Source: Octopus bimaculoides | Taxonomy: Eukaryota | Direction: 5' to 3' | DNA: 64,000 nt | Assembly: GCF_001194135.2 (NCBI RefSeq) | Contig: NC_068998.1 | Span: forward strand, 27,011,568-27,075,567 | Shown: positions 61,417-64,000 of the stretch, piece after piece | Numbering within the stretch: the first letter of the stretch is position 1 | How the letters are laid out: every line of letters begins with the position of its first letter | Translations under genes and position numbers: made by a program | The notes under the pieces: model-generated | Databases searched by the model: none | Seen by the model: only the letters and a program-made list of their open reading frames with translations | Told to the model about the DNA's origin: nothing

Positions 61417-62999
61417 AGAAGTTAAAATTGAACCCAGAACGCTGAAAGAAAGCGGCAAGCTTTTGGAAAAGGAAGGCCACAACCTTAAATTGACGCCCTC
61501 AGTTGACTTATCAAATGGAGTTTTAAAAAAAGGACAGTGATATACAAAACACTGAAGGTATCGACAAGGAAAATCGAAATAGCTACGATAGAAGACATTG
61601 AGAAGTGTTTAAAACTTATAAAACTTATTACATGCTTATAACAAGAGAAAGAAGATATGGCACAGTGGAAAAGTATGAAAGACCTTTTTCGTATTAATTA
61701 TCTCTGACATGTCTATGGACGAAACAAAATGCCTTTTACCTTACTGCATTTTGAAACTCGGGTTCTATATTCTAAGTTGCCTATGAAGAGAAAGATAGAG
61801 GAGAGAGAAATTATAGCTACTTCCATCGTATCATGATTTGACCTTAGTATCTGGAAATTTAGATGCAGTGACATTCAACAGATTCTCGTCAAAGTTGTTA
61901 AAGCAAAAGACAAGCTGGGAGAGTGTCAATGAGGTATTATTATGTCACATGTGTCTTTGAAAGAGATAGCAAAAATTTCATACTGTGTCTGTAAGTCAAC
62001 ATTAGCTCTATTTTTCAATTCATTATTGCTGAGCGAAACATTAACTGCAAAGTTTTAGAGAATGGCAATAACCCATCGTCATATATTTAAGAGTTCTAGT
62101 TGAAGTCATCTTCTGTTTGCATTGTTTGGAAACATCCTGCGATTATACAGTCGAAATGAATTTTCACATAAAAAAACTTTTATATTTTTCTTGTTGCATA
62201 ATTTATTTACTGCTTTTGTGAAAACGTTTGTTAACGATTGATTTTCCACACGGGCAATATGCTCTTAAAGAGTGGAGAATTGAACCAAATAATATTTCTC
62301 TCCCTGGTGCATTTTATTATATGTTACTTCTTAGAAGTTATAATCTTTAGTTATATATCTTTTGAAGTGTCCGTGCACAAGTATCTGGTTGTGTTTGTCT
62401 TCAGCTTTGTAAAAAGTTACTTATTGAAGAAATCTTCGTTTTTACACTTGTTATAGATATTTTTTTTTATAGCGTCTAAAAAATGGTTGGAATCTGAATG
62501 AACCACAATAAGTAAATACATAGGTAATATCCTACCCAGAAAACTGCACTTATAAATGAGACGAGTATGTATTTCGCGGAGTGGGCATGTACGTGTGTGT
62601 GTGCATGTGAGTGGGCGTGCTTGTCTGTGCAGATGTGTGTGGGCAGGCGTGTGCGTGCGTGTGCGTGCATGTGCGTGCGTGTGCGTGTGTACGTGTGTGT
62701 ATTTGGCTGTATTTGTATATTCATGTATGTGTATTGGTTTTGTGTTGGTTTCAATCATTCGACTGTGACCATGTTAATGTTTTAACCCCCACCCATCCAC
62801 ATTAGTTTAAAAATAAATATCCCTGGTTCGACTCCAGTTACCATCTACACGTACAGGAATAAGATACCTGTTGACGATCGGAAATTAAATAGATGAAAAG
62901 TTAACGGAGGTATAAATAGTTTTTAAAAATGTTTCATCGCTAATCATAAAGTTAATGATAGTCGTAAAAAAAATACAATATCAATAATTCTTTCGACTT

Positions 63000-63220
63000 T
63001 CTTGCTTTCTATTTTAGGCAAAAAGCCTGAAAATTCAGGGGAGGGGAACGGTCGATGACATCGACCTCAGTGCTCAAATGGATATATATTTTACTGACCC
63101 CAAAATGATAGAAGGTAAAGCTGACCTCGGCGGAATTTGAACTCAGAAGGTGAACATGGACGACCCGCCGCTAAACATCTTATCCGGCGTAATAACGATT
63201 CTGACAACTCGCCAAGTTAC
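63000..63220 (-). mobile_element. Octopus-type SINE
   Basis: ..AAAGCTGACCTCGGCGGAATTTGAACTCAGAA..CCGCTAAACAT..AACGATTCTGACAACTCGCC. Confidence 0.8.
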
Positions 63221-63784
63221 AACCATACCAATATTAGCTTATATCAAATATCTATACATTTAATCATCATCATCATGCTTTTGTTCTTTCCTTCTCCTTT
63301 CTTTTCTTTTCTTCTTTATGACTGTTTTAACCTCTATTGGCCTACATTCAGGACGAATTTGCAGCCATGATTGGATCAAATTTCCATTAAGTCATTATGC
63401 TGTTCATCACTCACATGCTAACCTTTATTCTTACTACATACTGCTATGTAATTCTGTTAGCTTTTTTTAACCACAAAGCCACAAAATGCAGATGATGACC
63501 TATGATATATCAATATAATATATATCAGAAACCGCCAATATTGCCCTTTAACATAGACAAACAGTTGCGAACTTGAGAGATGGTATGCATTGGAATTAAG
63601 ACTTGAGCAATGCTTTATTTAATCGATCTGGAAAAGATGAAATCAACGTTGATATCAATAGGATTTGGAGATAGACCGTAAAGGGGCATTTTTAAATACC
63701 GCAACATATTTTGCCCGACGTTCTATCGACTTTGCTATCTATGGCCAGCCATATAAGATATCAATGTTATTCGTCGCATTGAAA

Positions 63785-63930
63785 CAGAATTGTTAGCACG
63801 CCGGACAAAATGCTTAGCGGCATTTCTTCCGGTTTCACATTCTGAGTTCAAATTCTGCCGAAGTCGACTTCGCTTTTTATCATTTTGGAATCGATAAAAT
63901 AAGTATCAGTTGAGACTTATGCTTATAGTA
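63785..63930 (+). mobile_element. Octopus-type SINE
   Basis: CAGAATTGTTAGCACGCCGGACAAAATGCTTAGCGG..CTGAGTTCAAATTCTGCCGAAGTCGACTT. Confidence 0.85.
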
Positions 63931-64000
63931 GAAAGAAAAATATTTTTCCTCGCAATGCATCGCTCAATAATGTTTTCTTTTTATTTATTTGTTCGTGTTT

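Noticed and set aside
62238-62456. Hydrophobic 72-aa ORF resembling membrane segments
   Set aside because: T-rich noncoding DNA gives F/L/I/V-rich translations. No family motifs or convincing splice context.

Overview
Repeat-dense, AT-rich animal genomic DNA from a draft assembly, with about 20 N-gaps totalling roughly 5.7 kb, mostly beside microsatellites. The tRNA-derived SINEs and the transposon mix look like Octopus/coleoid cephalopod; this is recognition from memory, not a database search. No intact host gene is evident, only one weak candidate exon (17520-17663). The window holds decayed Helitrons (4), two mariners (one full length), Penelope-like elements (PLEs), RTE/BovB, R4/Dong, CRE and Tx1-like non-LTR fragments, many SINEs and microsatellites. 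Main signals: (1) several type-I hammerhead-ribozyme motifs, one with an intact catalytic core (14669-14743) and two in the arms of a ~270-bp inverted repeat (18502-19132), all consistent with PLE pseudo-LTRs; (2) a ~500-nt non-coding retroposon family that, like the R4/Dong fragments, sits co-oriented in (TAA)n arrays, including a direct SINE-LINE fusion; (3) two adjacent RT-less, ORF-bearing retroposon-like units sharing a 3' terminus (Tx1-like ORF1; KH-like ORF); (4) a mariner with a canonical-looking intron upstream of its transposase. Boundaries of decayed elements are approximate and were read by eye.
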